DNA of 64,000 bases, from assembly GCA_964628585.1 (NCBI GenBank), contig CAZVMH010000002.1, forward strand, positions 33,751 through 97,750. The letters are read 5' to 3'. Both the position numbers and the translations under genes were made by a program. Positions 47,699 to 56,718 of the stretch are shown in pieces (the first letter of the stretch is position 1; each line of letters begins with the position of its first letter). The DNA comes from an uncultured Candidatus Saccharibacteria bacterium (lineage in GTDB: Bacteria; Patescibacteriota; UBA1384; XYA2-FULL-43-10; 1-14-0-10-43-13). The notes under the pieces are model-generated. The model did not search any database and was not told the origin of the DNA. It saw nothing but the letters and a program-made list of their open reading frames with translations.

Positions 47699-49399
47699 AT
47701 GAAAGGTTTCAAAATGGGTTTTAAAGATTATGTAAAATCAAAGTTAAAATACCTTGTAGGTATTGCAACATGTGCGGCGATTGTTTCGCAGCTTGTTTTG
47801 CCTATTGTAGGCACAAAAGCTTCTACACCTCGCTTTAACTTTATGGCAGGTGATTATGAGATGTTAAAGGGTGCCAACGTATCAAACAATGAAACGGTCT
47901 GGAAAGACCCCGTTTCTGGAATAGCTGGTGACGAATTTCGTGCCCAAGTCTATTATCATAACGGAATGATTGATACTGTTGCGCAAAACACAAAAATTAA
48001 AGTGAATATCCCTTCAAAAACTACCAACAAAACTGCAAAAATTTCAGCTACTATTTCAGCTGATAATGCCGGTACGATTACTGACACAGTCGTTGATGGT
48101 AATGTTATCGGTCCAAATGGCCTAACTGCTAATTTTTCCGAAGATGTTGACTTGGAATACATCCCTGGTTCAACTAAATGGTTTCCAAATGCAACTCCAG
48201 TTGGAGGCGCTTCAACATTCTTCCCAAATGGTCAGTCTGGTGATGAAATTGTAAATACAAATGGTGTAAATATCGGTGACATTCAAGGTTGCTGGAATTA
48301 TGCTGGTTTTGTAATCTTTGGTTTCAAAGCAAAAAGAAACATTGTTCACACTCCGGCTTTAGAGTTAACAAAAGAAGTCTTAAATGTTTCAAAGAATGAA
48401 GTTTCTTTTCATGATCACTCTGTAGCTGATAATAAAGATGAGTTAATTTATCAGATTGTAATTCGAAATGGTGGTAACTCTGATCTTTCTAATCTGATAG
48501 TTTCTGATGTATTGCCAGCAGGAGTAAACTTCGTGCCTGGTTCAATGCAAAAGTTTCTTGACGGATCGACTACTCCAATTGCTCTTTCTGATGCCAATGC
48601 AAATGCTGTTTTTGGGCAAGGTTTCAATATCGGAACATTGGGAATGGTCTCAGCTGGTGGTCAAATAGTTCTTAGATTTAAAGCCACAGTTGATACTAAT
48701 GAAGCTATCTGCAAGGAAGCAATAAATAGAGCAATTGCTACTGGCGAAGGTCTAAGATCTGAAGATACAGCCATTGTTACAATTTGTGCACAAGAAAAGA
48801 TTGTAAAAAGTAAGTCTGCTTTTAATCAGACAAAAAATCAAGTTGCAACTGTTGCTAGCGCTGGCGACATAATTGAATACACTTTAACTACTAAAAATTC
48901 TGGAGATTTAGCTGTGAACTTTGTAGTCGAGGATGGTATTGCCGATGTTTTAGAGTATTCCGATATTGTATCTATCTCTGACAATGGTGTTATTGTTGCT
49001 GGAACAACTGGCAATGAAGCACAAATGGTACGATATCCAACTACTCATATCGAAATTGGTCAAACAGTAGTTCGCAAATTTGTCGTAAAAGTAAAAAATC
49101 CACTCCCAACCTATGCTCCAAGTGGATATCACTACGACGACAGAATGTACAATTTTTATGGCAATGAAGTCTTAATAAAGATTGAACGCGAAACTATCAA
49201 GCCAACACCTTCTCCAACTCCAGCTCCAAAGCCTGTAACTCCTTCAACTCCAGCAAAACAACTTCCTGTGACTGGTTCTGCGACTGGTGCTAGTTTCATT
49301 ATAACTTTCATGGCGGGACTAGGTTTAACCTATCTTCGTTACAGAAAACTATACGATCCATCAACTGGATTAATAATTTCTGATCTATTGGCTAAATAA
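47699..49399 (+). CDS. Large cell-surface protein with a C-terminal LPxTG-like sorting signal
   Basis: Signal peptide; beta-rich repeats; 'LPVTGSATGASFIITFMAGLGLTYLRYRKL' (LPxTG plus a hydrophobic stretch plus a basic stretch) followed by 16 extra residues. Confidence 0.7.
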   Translation: MKGFKMGFKDYVKSKLKYLVGIATCAAIVSQLVLPIVGTKASTPRFNFMAGDYEMLKGANVSNNETVWKDPVSGIAGDEFRAQVYYHNGMIDTVAQNTKIKVNIPSKTTNKTAKISATISADNAGTITDTVVDGNVIGPNGLTANFSEDVDLEYIPGSTKWFPNATPVGGASTFFPNGQSGDEIVNTNGVNIGDIQGCWNYAGFVIFGFKAKRNIVHTPALELTKEVLNVSKNEVSFHDHSVADNKDELIYQIVIRNGGNSDLSNLIVSDVLPAGVNFVPGSMQKFLDGSTTPIALSDANANAVFGQGFNIGTLGMVSAGGQIVLRFKATVDTNEAICKEAINRAIATGEGLRSEDTAIVTICAQEKIVKSKSAFNQTKNQVATVASAGDIIEYTLTTKNSGDLAVNFVVEDGIADVLEYSDIVSISDNGVIVAGTTGNEAQMVRYPTTHIEIGQTVVRKFVVKVKNPLPTYAPSGYHYDDRMYNFYGNEVLIKIERETIKPTPSPTPAPKPVTPSTPAKQLPVTGSATGASFIITFMAGLGLTYLRYRKLYDPSTGLIISDLLAK

Positions 49400-49404
49400 C
49401 CAAT

Positions 49405-49445
49405 CAAAAATCGTCCGACCAAATACTGGTTCGGGCGATTTTTGT
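49405..49445 (+). terminator. Rho-independent terminator (ATCGTCCGA...TCGGGCGAT plus T4)
   Basis: 9-bp stem with one G-U pair, followed by a T-run. Confidence 0.6.
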
Positions 49446-49479
49446 TTTTATAGAGCGAATTTTTTGCTATTATGGTGTT

Positions 49480-50493
49480 ATGAGTGTATTGTCTCGTCTG
49501 GAAGAGTTGAAAGCGCTTCTAAAAATTGAAGAAAAAAACAAGAAAATAAAAGAACTCGAAGCAGAAATGCGAGAGCCATCGTTTTGGTTGTCAGAAGAAA
49601 ATTCGCAGGGTAAGTCGAAAGAACTTAAAAGATTAAAAGACGAAGTTAAAAACTTTAACGAAACATATGAGCTAGCACAGATAGCTAGCGATGAAGAAGC
49701 GAAAAGTTTGGAAGGTGAATTAGACAAACTAGAAATTATTGCATTATTTTCAGGAAAATATGATAGTAATGATGCAATTTTAAATTTTTATGCTGGAGCT
49801 GGTGGTGTAGATGCGCAGGATTGGACTGAGATGCTATTAAAAATGTATTTAGGCTGGGCTGAAAAAAATGAGATGGGGGCAAAGATATTGTCACAAACTC
49901 CCGGGGGAGAAGCAGGAATTAAAAGTGCTACAATTGAAATTTCTGGTTCATATGCGTATGGAAAATTGAAGGGCGAAGACGGTGTACATCGGTTGGTGCG
50001 ACAGTCACCTTTTAATGCTAAAAATTTACGTCAAACTTCTTTCTCTTTAGTAGAAGTCTTACCAGAAGTTGAAACAGAAACAGAAGTTTTAATCGATCCA
50101 AAAGAAATAAAAATAGATACTTTTAGAGCGGGCGGGCATGGTGGACAATCTGTTAACACTACTGATTCGGCTGTTCGAATCACTCACCTTTCAACAGGAG
50201 TTGTAGCTTCTTGTCAAAACGAAAGAAGTCAATTGCAGAATAAAGAGAATGCGATGAGAGTTTTACGATCTCGCTTAGCACAGTTATTAGAGAAACAACA
50301 CAAAGAAAAAGTCAGTGAAATAAAAGGCGACCATTCATCTCCGGAGTGGGGCAACCAAATTCGTTCCTATGTTTTACATCCATACAAAATGGTAAAAGAT
50401 CATAGAACAGAAGAAGAATCAAAGGACCCCGATAAGGTTTTGGCAGGAGAAATTGATAAATTTATTGAGGCAGAACTTAAACAAATTAGTTAA
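49480..50493 (+). CDS. prfB: Peptide chain release factor 2 (no programmed frameshift)
   Basis: SPF tripeptide 'SPFNAKN', GGQ 'RAGGHGGQSVNTTDSAVRITH'; continuous ORF. Confidence 0.9.
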   Translation: MSVLSRLEELKALLKIEEKNKKIKELEAEMREPSFWLSEENSQGKSKELKRLKDEVKNFNETYELAQIASDEEAKSLEGELDKLEIIALFSGKYDSNDAILNFYAGAGGVDAQDWTEMLLKMYLGWAEKNEMGAKILSQTPGGEAGIKSATIEISGSYAYGKLKGEDGVHRLVRQSPFNAKNLRQTSFSLVEVLPEVETETEVLIDPKEIKIDTFRAGGHGGQSVNTTDSAVRITHLSTGVVASCQNERSQLQNKENAMRVLRSRLAQLLEKQHKEKVSEIKGDHSSPEWGNQIRSYVLHPYKMVKDHRTEEESKDPDKVLAGEIDKFIEAELKQIS

Positions 50494-50505
50494 CACTAAA
50501 ATGAT

Positions 50506-51246
50506 ATGCATTGGATCTTAAATAAAATTGGATCATTTCAATTTTCAAATATTGAAATCTCACCCTCAGTTGGTAAGTTTTTAATTTTAATTTTTGCAGT
50601 AGTTGTAATGTCTTTTTTAATAAATATGTTACTGTCTCAAACTATTCTAGGAATAGGATACCGTATTTTTGTAGCGCCAGGCATAATATTGCATGAGCTT
50701 TCTCATGCCCTTCTTTGCCTTTTAACAGGAGCCAAAATATCAAAAATATCGTTTTTTGATAGAGACGGTGGCGAAGTGAAACATTCAGCATCGAGTATTC
50801 CGATTGTTGGCCAGGTTCTAATATCTATTGCACCTTTCTTTTTTGGAGCAATGGCAATCTATTTTTGTTCAAGAAAACTTGGTATTTCAGGCATTGACCT
50901 AGGAGCAATCGACGTATCAAAAGTGGGTTTTTTACATTATTTTACTCAGACAATATCGAACTTAAAATTAGATGATTACAAAACATATATAATTCTATAT
51001 TTGGTAATTTCAATTGCAGTTACAATGACACCAAGTTGGCAGGACTTAAGAAATATATTTTTGTCTGCAATTTTAATATTGATTATTTCATACTTTCTCA
51101 TACACTATAAGGTTTTATATCTTTCTTCAATTGTTGTACCACAAACAGTTTTCACATTATTTTCTGTGATATTATTTTTATTGATTTTAGCGTTCATTTT
51201 CAGTATTATAATGTTTGTATTAAGTAAATTAATAAAACCGAATTAA
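50506..51246 (+). CDS. Polytopic membrane protein with an intramembrane HExxH motif (possible M50-like metalloprotease)
   Basis: 'GIILHELSHALLC' in a TM helix; 6-7 TM. Confidence 0.4.
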   Translation: MHWILNKIGSFQFSNIEISPSVGKFLILIFAVVVMSFLINMLLSQTILGIGYRIFVAPGIILHELSHALLCLLTGAKISKISFFDRDGGEVKHSASSIPIVGQVLISIAPFFFGAMAIYFCSRKLGISGIDLGAIDVSKVGFLHYFTQTISNLKLDDYKTYIILYLVISIAVTMTPSWQDLRNIFLSAILILIISYFLIHYKVLYLSSIVVPQTVFTLFSVILFLLILAFIFSIIMFVLSKLIKPN

Positions 51247-51259
51247 GAATGGAGTAGTA

Positions 51260-51565
51260 ATGGTTGATTTTTCAAAAGCAAGAGAACTTTATGACCTACA
51301 AAAGAAAGCGAGAAAATTACAAAAAGAACTAAAAGATACAGAAATAGAAGCAAGAAGTTCTAACGGTTGGGTCACGGTAGTTTTTAATGGCGAACAGCAT
51401 ATGACAGAAATTAACATTGAAGAAGAAGCGTTGTCTATAGAAAACAAGAGAGAACTAGAAAAAGACATAAAAAATACCGTTTCCCAAGCAATTGCTAGAG
51501 CTCAAGCCTATGCAGCCGAAAAAATGAAAGAAATTACAGGGAACCTGAACATTCCTGGCTTATAA
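51260..51565 (+). CDS. ybaB: Nucleoid-associated protein YbaB/EbfC
   Basis: ~100 aa; 'GWVTVVFNGEQHMTEINIEEEAL' plus a C-terminal helix. Confidence 0.8.
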   Translation: MVDFSKARELYDLQKKARKLQKELKDTEIEARSSNGWVTVVFNGEQHMTEINIEEEALSIENKRELEKDIKNTVSQAIARAQAYAAEKMKEITGNLNIPGL

Positions 51566-51577
51566 TAATTTTATAAT

Positions 51578-52189
51578 ATGAAAATAATTGTGGGATTAGG
51601 AAATCCAGGTGAGGAATATAAAAATACACGACACAATGCCGGATATTTATTTATTGACGCCCTGGTTCAGAATAGAGACCTTGCTCCTGCTGATCAAGAG
51701 ATAGAATTGAAATTTGATAAAAAATTTAATTCTTTAACTTCTAAAGTCCGGCATAAAGGTGAAGATATTGTTTTTATGAAGCCAGAAACCTTTATGAATA
51801 ATTCAGGGAAAGCAGTTCAATCGATATTAAATTTTTATAAAGTTGAGCCTAAAGATTTAATTGTTATTTTAGATGATATAGATTTACCGATCGGGATAAT
51901 CAGAGTTAGAAATGAGGGCGGGAGTGCAGGACAAAAGGGTCTACAAGACATCATTGATTGTATTGGAACTGATAAATTTGTCAGATTTCGAATTGGTATA
52001 TCTAGTGACGGGGAGCGAAAAAATATCGAAGAAACAGCCGAATACGTGCTAAATCAATTTTCAAAAAGAGAGAAACCAATACTTATTAACTCCATTAAGC
52101 TAGCAATCGAATATCTATTAACATATTTGGGGCAAAAGGAAGAAATTCCTTCGCATACTTTAGAGGTTGAATTTGATCCACAAAAGTAA
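51578..52189 (+). CDS. pth: Peptidyl-tRNA hydrolase
   Basis: 'IVGLGNPGEEYKNTRHNAGYLFIDAL', 'ILDDIDLPIGIIRVR'. Confidence 0.9.
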   Translation: MKIIVGLGNPGEEYKNTRHNAGYLFIDALVQNRDLAPADQEIELKFDKKFNSLTSKVRHKGEDIVFMKPETFMNNSGKAVQSILNFYKVEPKDLIVILDDIDLPIGIIRVRNEGGSAGQKGLQDIIDCIGTDKFVRFRIGISSDGERKNIEETAEYVLNQFSKREKPILINSIKLAIEYLLTYLGQKEEIPSHTLEVEFDPQK

Positions 52190-52205
52190 TTTACTAGGAG
52201 GACAA

Positions 52206-52877
52206 ATGAAAAAAGGATTTTCTATTGTTGAGTTAATGATAGTCGTAGCAATTATTGGGATTTTGGCAACAATTTCTGGGATAACCTATGCGCGTTCAAA
52301 AATGAGAACCAGAGATGCAAAAAGAATTGCTGATATTAATTCAATCTCTCAAGCACTTTTTATATATAAAGAAAAAAATAATAGTTTTCCTATGTCTGAG
52401 ACAACTCCTCTCAAGACATGTTCCGTATATTATCAGGATTTTAGTAAAACCTTATGGTGGGAACACGGTCAGGAATCTGATAGCTTTCTTTCTGAATTGT
52501 CTGGTCAAGAAATGGAAACTGTTCCAACGGAAACTAAACCGATTCAAGACAAAGATATAAAAGCTATTTTGGGTCAAGATGTAACTTGCACCTATCGCTA
52601 TCTCAATTCAGTCGATTCTTCGGTAGAATTTAGTAGTAAGGGAAGATGTAGTACTAATTACGCTGTTTTGAGTGCATCGTTGGAAATTCAAAGGAAAGTT
52701 GAAACTGAGGATCAAAGACCAAGATGTTTAAGTGGGACAATTTCGTCTCCGGGAATGATTGACGGCGTTTCTCCTCTAAATAAAGATTACGCAGTCCTTA
52801 GCTCTGAAAGCTCAGGAGGAGGGGTATCAACCATAGATGTGGGGTTCAGCTATGCCAAATATCTGCCGACAAATTGA
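52206..52877 (+). CDS. Orphan type IV pilin-like protein (class III signal peptide)
   Basis: 'MKKGFSIVELMIVVAIIGILATISGITYARSKMRTRDAKRIADI'; RBS GGAGGACAA. Confidence 0.7.
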   Translation: MKKGFSIVELMIVVAIIGILATISGITYARSKMRTRDAKRIADINSISQALFIYKEKNNSFPMSETTPLKTCSVYYQDFSKTLWWEHGQESDSFLSELSGQEMETVPTETKPIQDKDIKAILGQDVTCTYRYLNSVDSSVEFSSKGRCSTNYAVLSASLEIQRKVETEDQRPRCLSGTISSPGMIDGVSPLNKDYAVLSSESSGGGVSTIDVGFSYAKYLPTN

Positions 52878-53098
52878 TTAATCATAAATAGTATGATATA
52901 TACAAGTAGTCAGTAAAACAGCAAAACAATAATAATTGTTAACATCAACTGACAACCTGCCCATACGGCAGGCGGTCTTACAACCCATAAACTTATAACT
53001 TACTAATAATGTGGGACCCAGCCCTTTTACTAAAAGAGCTGGGGTTTGGACCACTAACCCTTCGAATCGCCTTTCGCGACTCAGGGTAAAGGAGAACA

Positions 53099-53887
53099 GT
53101 GTCAAAAAAAGTTGCGGATATGTCTTCAGAAAATGAAGAAATTATCGACGAGAAAAAACTGCTTAGGGAAGCAGAGGAAAGAGAAAAAGAAAGAAAAGCT
53201 GAAGAAAAGATTGCAAAAGAAGAGGCAAAAGAGGAAGAAAAAAAAGAAAAAAAAGAAAAGGTTGCAGAAGAGATTAAAAAACGAAAGCCTCAACATGGTA
53301 AGAAATATCGTGAACTGCTAAAACAAATTGATAAAGATAAAGAATATCCAATTTCTGAGGCAATTGATTTAACTTTAAAAATTTCTCCAGCAAAATTCGA
53401 CGCGACAGTTGAATTCCATGCTAAGCTATCAAAAAAAGAAAAGAATATTCGCGGAATGGTAACTTTGCCGGGAGGTCTTGCCAAAGAAAAAAGAATTCTA
53501 GAAATTACTTCTAAAAATGTCGAAGATTCTATTATAAAGATTAAGGCTGGAAAAGCTGAATTTGATCTAATCATTGCAGACATTAAGTTAATGCCACAAC
53601 TTGCTGTTTTGGCAAAGGTTTTGGGACCAAAGGGATTAATGCCTTCACCAAAAGCAGGAACAGCCGTTGAAGACGTTGCAAAGGCAGTAGCGGAGATGAA
53701 GGGCGGTAAAGTGGAATATAGAGCCGACAAAGACAACAATGTCCATTTAGCTCTTGGCAAAGTTTCCTTTGGATCAGAGAAAATTTATCAAAACTATGAA
53801 GCTATAGTTCATGCATTGCCAAAGAAACTTGAATCTATTCATTTGACAACAACAATGGGTCCAAGCGTCAAGGTTATCAAAAAGTAA
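53099..53887 (+). CDS. rplA: 50S ribosomal protein L1 with an ~70-aa K/E-rich N-terminal extension
   Basis: 'KKYRELLKQIDKDKEYPISEAIDLTLKIS...FDATVEFHAKL...IRGMVTLPGG'; GTG start with an AAAGGAGAA RBS. Confidence 0.85.
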   Translation: MSKKVADMSSENEEIIDEKKLLREAEEREKERKAEEKIAKEEAKEEEKKEKKEKVAEEIKKRKPQHGKKYRELLKQIDKDKEYPISEAIDLTLKISPAKFDATVEFHAKLSKKEKNIRGMVTLPGGLAKEKRILEITSKNVEDSIIKIKAGKAEFDLIIADIKLMPQLAVLAKVLGPKGLMPSPKAGTAVEDVAKAVAEMKGGKVEYRADKDNNVHLALGKVSFGSEKIYQNYEAIVHALPKKLESIHLTTTMGPSVKVIKK

Positions 53888-53907
53888 TATCAAATTTTTA
53901 TAAACTG

Positions 53908-53936
53908 TTGACTAAAGGGGAATATTTTGATATATT
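53908..53936 (+). promoter_or_regulatory. Sigma70-like promoter TTGACT-17-TATATT for rplJ-rplL
   Basis: Near-consensus hexamers with a 17-nt spacer. Confidence 0.6.
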
Positions 53937-54030
53937 TGATACATCCGCAGACAGTAGGTGCCCTAAAAGGCTTAATTACCTGCCGAGGAAAAAACTAGAA
54001 TCATGAATATGTAATCATTATTTTAGATTT

Positions 54031-54058
54031 AATCTGCGGAAAGGCAGATTTTTTTTAA
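54031..54058 (+). terminator. rplJ leader attenuator hairpin (AATCTGC-GGAAAG-GCAGATT plus T8)
   Basis: Intrinsic-terminator-like hairpin about 25 nt upstream of the rplJ start, as in characterised L10 leaders. Confidence 0.6.
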
Positions 54059-54083
54059 TTCATTATTGAGAAATTGGAGCCAA

Positions 54084-54602
54084 ATGGCAAAGACAAAAAT
54101 ACAGAAACAGGAAATTTTAAATCAATTAGATTCAAAAATTGCCAATATGAAATCGGCTGTTATTGTTGAATATAAAGGTTTAAAGGTAAAAGATATTGAG
54201 GCATTGCGAAAAAATCTTTTGAAACAAAACATCTCATTTAATGTTTCAAAAAACACTTTAACCAGAATTGCGTTAAAGAAAAACGGTATCGAATTTGATG
54301 AAGGCGTTTTTGCAAAACCAGTTGCGGTTGCATTTGCGCAAGACGATGAAGTCGCTCCAGCAAAAGATATTGTTCTGTTCGCTAAAAGTAACGAAGCAAT
54401 CAATATCTTAGGCGGAATTTTAGAGAAAAAGTTTATCGATGAGTCAATGATTCGAAAACTTGCTTCTCTTCCATCCAAAGACGAATTGCGTGGTAAATTG
54501 GTCGGAGTACTTTCTGCTCCAATCTCTGGCACAATTAATGCCATTGGCGGAAATTTAAGAAGTTTGATAAGTATATTAAATCAAGTTGGTGAAAAAAAGT
54601 AA
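54084..54602 (+). CDS. rplJ: 50S ribosomal protein L10
   Basis: 'MAKTKIQKQEILNQLDSKIANMKSAVIVEYKGLKVKDIEALRKNL'. Confidence 0.85.
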   Translation: MAKTKIQKQEILNQLDSKIANMKSAVIVEYKGLKVKDIEALRKNLLKQNISFNVSKNTLTRIALKKNGIEFDEGVFAKPVAVAFAQDDEVAPAKDIVLFAKSNEAINILGGILEKKFIDESMIRKLASLPSKDELRGKLVGVLSAPISGTINAIGGNLRSLISILNQVGEKK

Positions 54603-54622
54603 TTAATAAATAAGGAATCAAA

Positions 54623-55255
54623 ATGGCAGACGAAGAAAAAAAAGCGGTGGATACCGTCCTGAGCGAAGTCGAAGGATCTGGAGAAGCAGTAGCCGAAGTT
54701 GAAGACCCAAAGGGTCCCCTTCGGGGCTTCGATGAGGAAGCTAAAGTCGAAGAAGCTCCTAAAGTAGAAGAGGCTCCAAAAGCAGAGGGAAAGAAAGCTC
54801 CGACGCCTCAACCAGAGGTTGAGGGTACGGAGTCCCGACCTGAAAGCGTCGGGAAAGAGAAAAAAGACGTTCCAGCTAAATTTAAAGATTTAGTTGCTGA
54901 AATCGACAAGATGAGCGTTTTGGATCTTTCTGAATTCGTAAAAGTTTTGGAAGATCACTATGGTGTAACGGCTGCTGCTCCTCAAGCAATGGCAATGGGC
55001 GCTGCTCCAGCTGCTGGTGAAGCAGAGGCTGCTGAAGAGAAATCAGCTTTCGATGTAATCTTGGCAAATGCTGGTGCACAAAAAATCGCTGTAATTAAAG
55101 CTGTGCGAGAGATTAAACCAGATCTTGGTTTGAAGGAAGCAAAAGATTTAGTTGATGCTGCTCCAAAAGAACTTCTAAAAGGTGCTAAGAAAGAAGATGC
55201 AGATGCTGCAAAAGCTAAGTTAGAGGCCGCAGGCGCTACAGTAGAAATGAAATAA
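54623..55255 (+). CDS. rplL: 50S ribosomal protein L7/L12 with an ~85-aa acidic N-terminal extension
   Basis: The canonical L12 begins at '[19 protein letters not shown]' and ends '...[12 protein letters not shown]'; the extension contains '[10 protein letters not shown]'. Confidence 0.85.
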   Translation: MADEEKKAVDTVLSEVEGSGEAVAEVEDPKGPLRGFDEEAKVEEAPKVEEAPKAEGKKAPTPQPEVEGTESRPESVGKEKKDVPAKFKDLVAEIDKMSVLDLSEFVKVLEDHYGVTAAAPQAMAMGAAPAAGEAEAAEEKSAFDVILANAGAQKIAVIKAVREIKPDLGLKEAKDLVDAAPKELLKGAKKEDADAAKAKLEAAGATVEMK

Positions 55256-55525
55256 GTCCCGATGTGGCGTAGCCAATCGGGATCCCGATAATCCACAGGG
55301 TTCATCGGGACTGCTGGTGCTACTGTTGAAATGAAGTAATTACGCAAGCATACCCGTCCGCCATGTAAGCCCACAAGGCATTACGGGCAGGCAGATATCA
55401 GATAACAGAATACAGTTACAAAAAGAGAACCATTCCAGTCAAATAACAGTACGATTTGACGGGACACGGGCTCTTTTTTGTTTATCAGGGTTTAATTTTA
55501 CATAAATTTAGGGTATAATATTGCA

Positions 55526-56632
55526 TTGATGTTTAAACTAATTAAAAAATCAAAATCAGGTGTACGGATCGGAGAACTTGCAACTGCTCATGGAAAAATT
55601 GAGACGCCTTTTTTTATGCCAGTAGGAACACAAGGGAGCGTAAAGGGGATTTCACCTGATGAATTAAATCAAATTGGTGCACAAATCATACTTTGTAATA
55701 CATATCATTTATACCTTCGTCCAGGTGATAAAGTTATCAAAAAACTTGGCGGGTTACATAAATTTATTGGTTGGGGAAAGCCGATCCTTACTGATTCTGG
55801 TGGTTATCAAGTTTTTTCACTTGGAGAAAAAACGGCACAGAAATCCAAAGAATCTTTAGTAAAAATTACCGAAGAGGGTGTTGAATTTAAGTCTCATCTG
55901 GATGGATCTAAACATCTTTTAACTCCAGAGAAGGTGATTCAAATACAATTAGACTTGGGCATAGATATTCTGATGCCTCTTGATGTTTGCCCAAGCGGAA
56001 AAGCTACTAAATATGAAATAAAAAATGCATGTGATCTTACTCTAAGATGGGCAAAACGATCGAAAGAATATTTTGATGCACAAACAAAAAAAATCAAAAA
56101 CGAGAAACGACCATTGCTTCACGGCATTGTTCAGGGTGGTCTTTATGAAGATTTGCGCAAAGAGCATGCCAGTGAAATGATCAAACTTAATTTTGACGGT
56201 TATTCGGTCGGTGGACTGGCGGTTGACCATGAAACACGAGATATGTGGAAAACGGTGAAATTAATGGGGCAAATTTTGCCGGAGGATAAACAGCGATATC
56301 TTATGGGCGTAGGAACCCCGAACGACATTATTAAAGCAACTAAGCTGGGAATGGACATGTTTGATTGTGTCTTGCCAACTCGTTTAGCTAGACATGGTTC
56401 TGTATACATAAAGAACAAATCAAAATATAAATTAATTAATCTATTAAATTCTAAATATCGAGAAGATGAGGAAGCAATCGAAAAAGGTTGTAGCTGTTAT
56501 GCATGTAAAAATAATTATTCGAGAGCGTATATTGGTCATTTAATACGGTCAAGCGAGATATTTGGACTTCGTTTGGCTACTTTACACAACTTGCAAACAT
56601 ATATTAATCTCTTAAAAAAAATTAGAAATTAA
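55526..56632 (+). CDS. tgt: Queuine tRNA-ribosyltransferase (tRNA-guanine transglycosylase)
   Basis: 'FFMPVGTQGSVKG', 'LTDSGGYQVFSL', 'LMGVGTPNDI', C-terminal Zn site CxCxxC...H. Confidence 0.9.
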   Translation: MMFKLIKKSKSGVRIGELATAHGKIETPFFMPVGTQGSVKGISPDELNQIGAQIILCNTYHLYLRPGDKVIKKLGGLHKFIGWGKPILTDSGGYQVFSLGEKTAQKSKESLVKITEEGVEFKSHLDGSKHLLTPEKVIQIQLDLGIDILMPLDVCPSGKATKYEIKNACDLTLRWAKRSKEYFDAQTKKIKNEKRPLLHGIVQGGLYEDLRKEHASEMIKLNFDGYSVGGLAVDHETRDMWKTVKLMGQILPEDKQRYLMGVGTPNDIIKATKLGMDMFDCVLPTRLARHGSVYIKNKSKYKLINLLNSKYREDEEAIEKGCSCYACKNNYSRAYIGHLIRSSEIFGLRLATLHNLQTYINLLKKIRN

Positions 56633-56718
56633 TTTATTTGACAACATATTTAGATATGTTGGATAATATAAATGTCAATATTTACTAATTTTTGTTTTGT
56701 TATTCTTTGGAGGGTTAT

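Noticed and set aside
49480-49560. Possible programmed +1 frameshift site in prfB
   Set aside because: The RF2 ORF is continuous from its start codon with no in-frame UGA early in the gene; no frameshift is needed
53040-53075. tRNA-like T-loop motif cccTTCGAATCgcc upstream of rplA
   Set aside because: The flanking bases do not form a T-stem, acceptor stem or anticodon arm on either strand; it is more likely part of a structured mRNA leader
53112-53321. 69-aa poly-Lys ORF (KKKKKKKK) in an alternative frame of rplA
   Set aside because: Frame artefact of the A-rich K/E-codon run in the L1 extension
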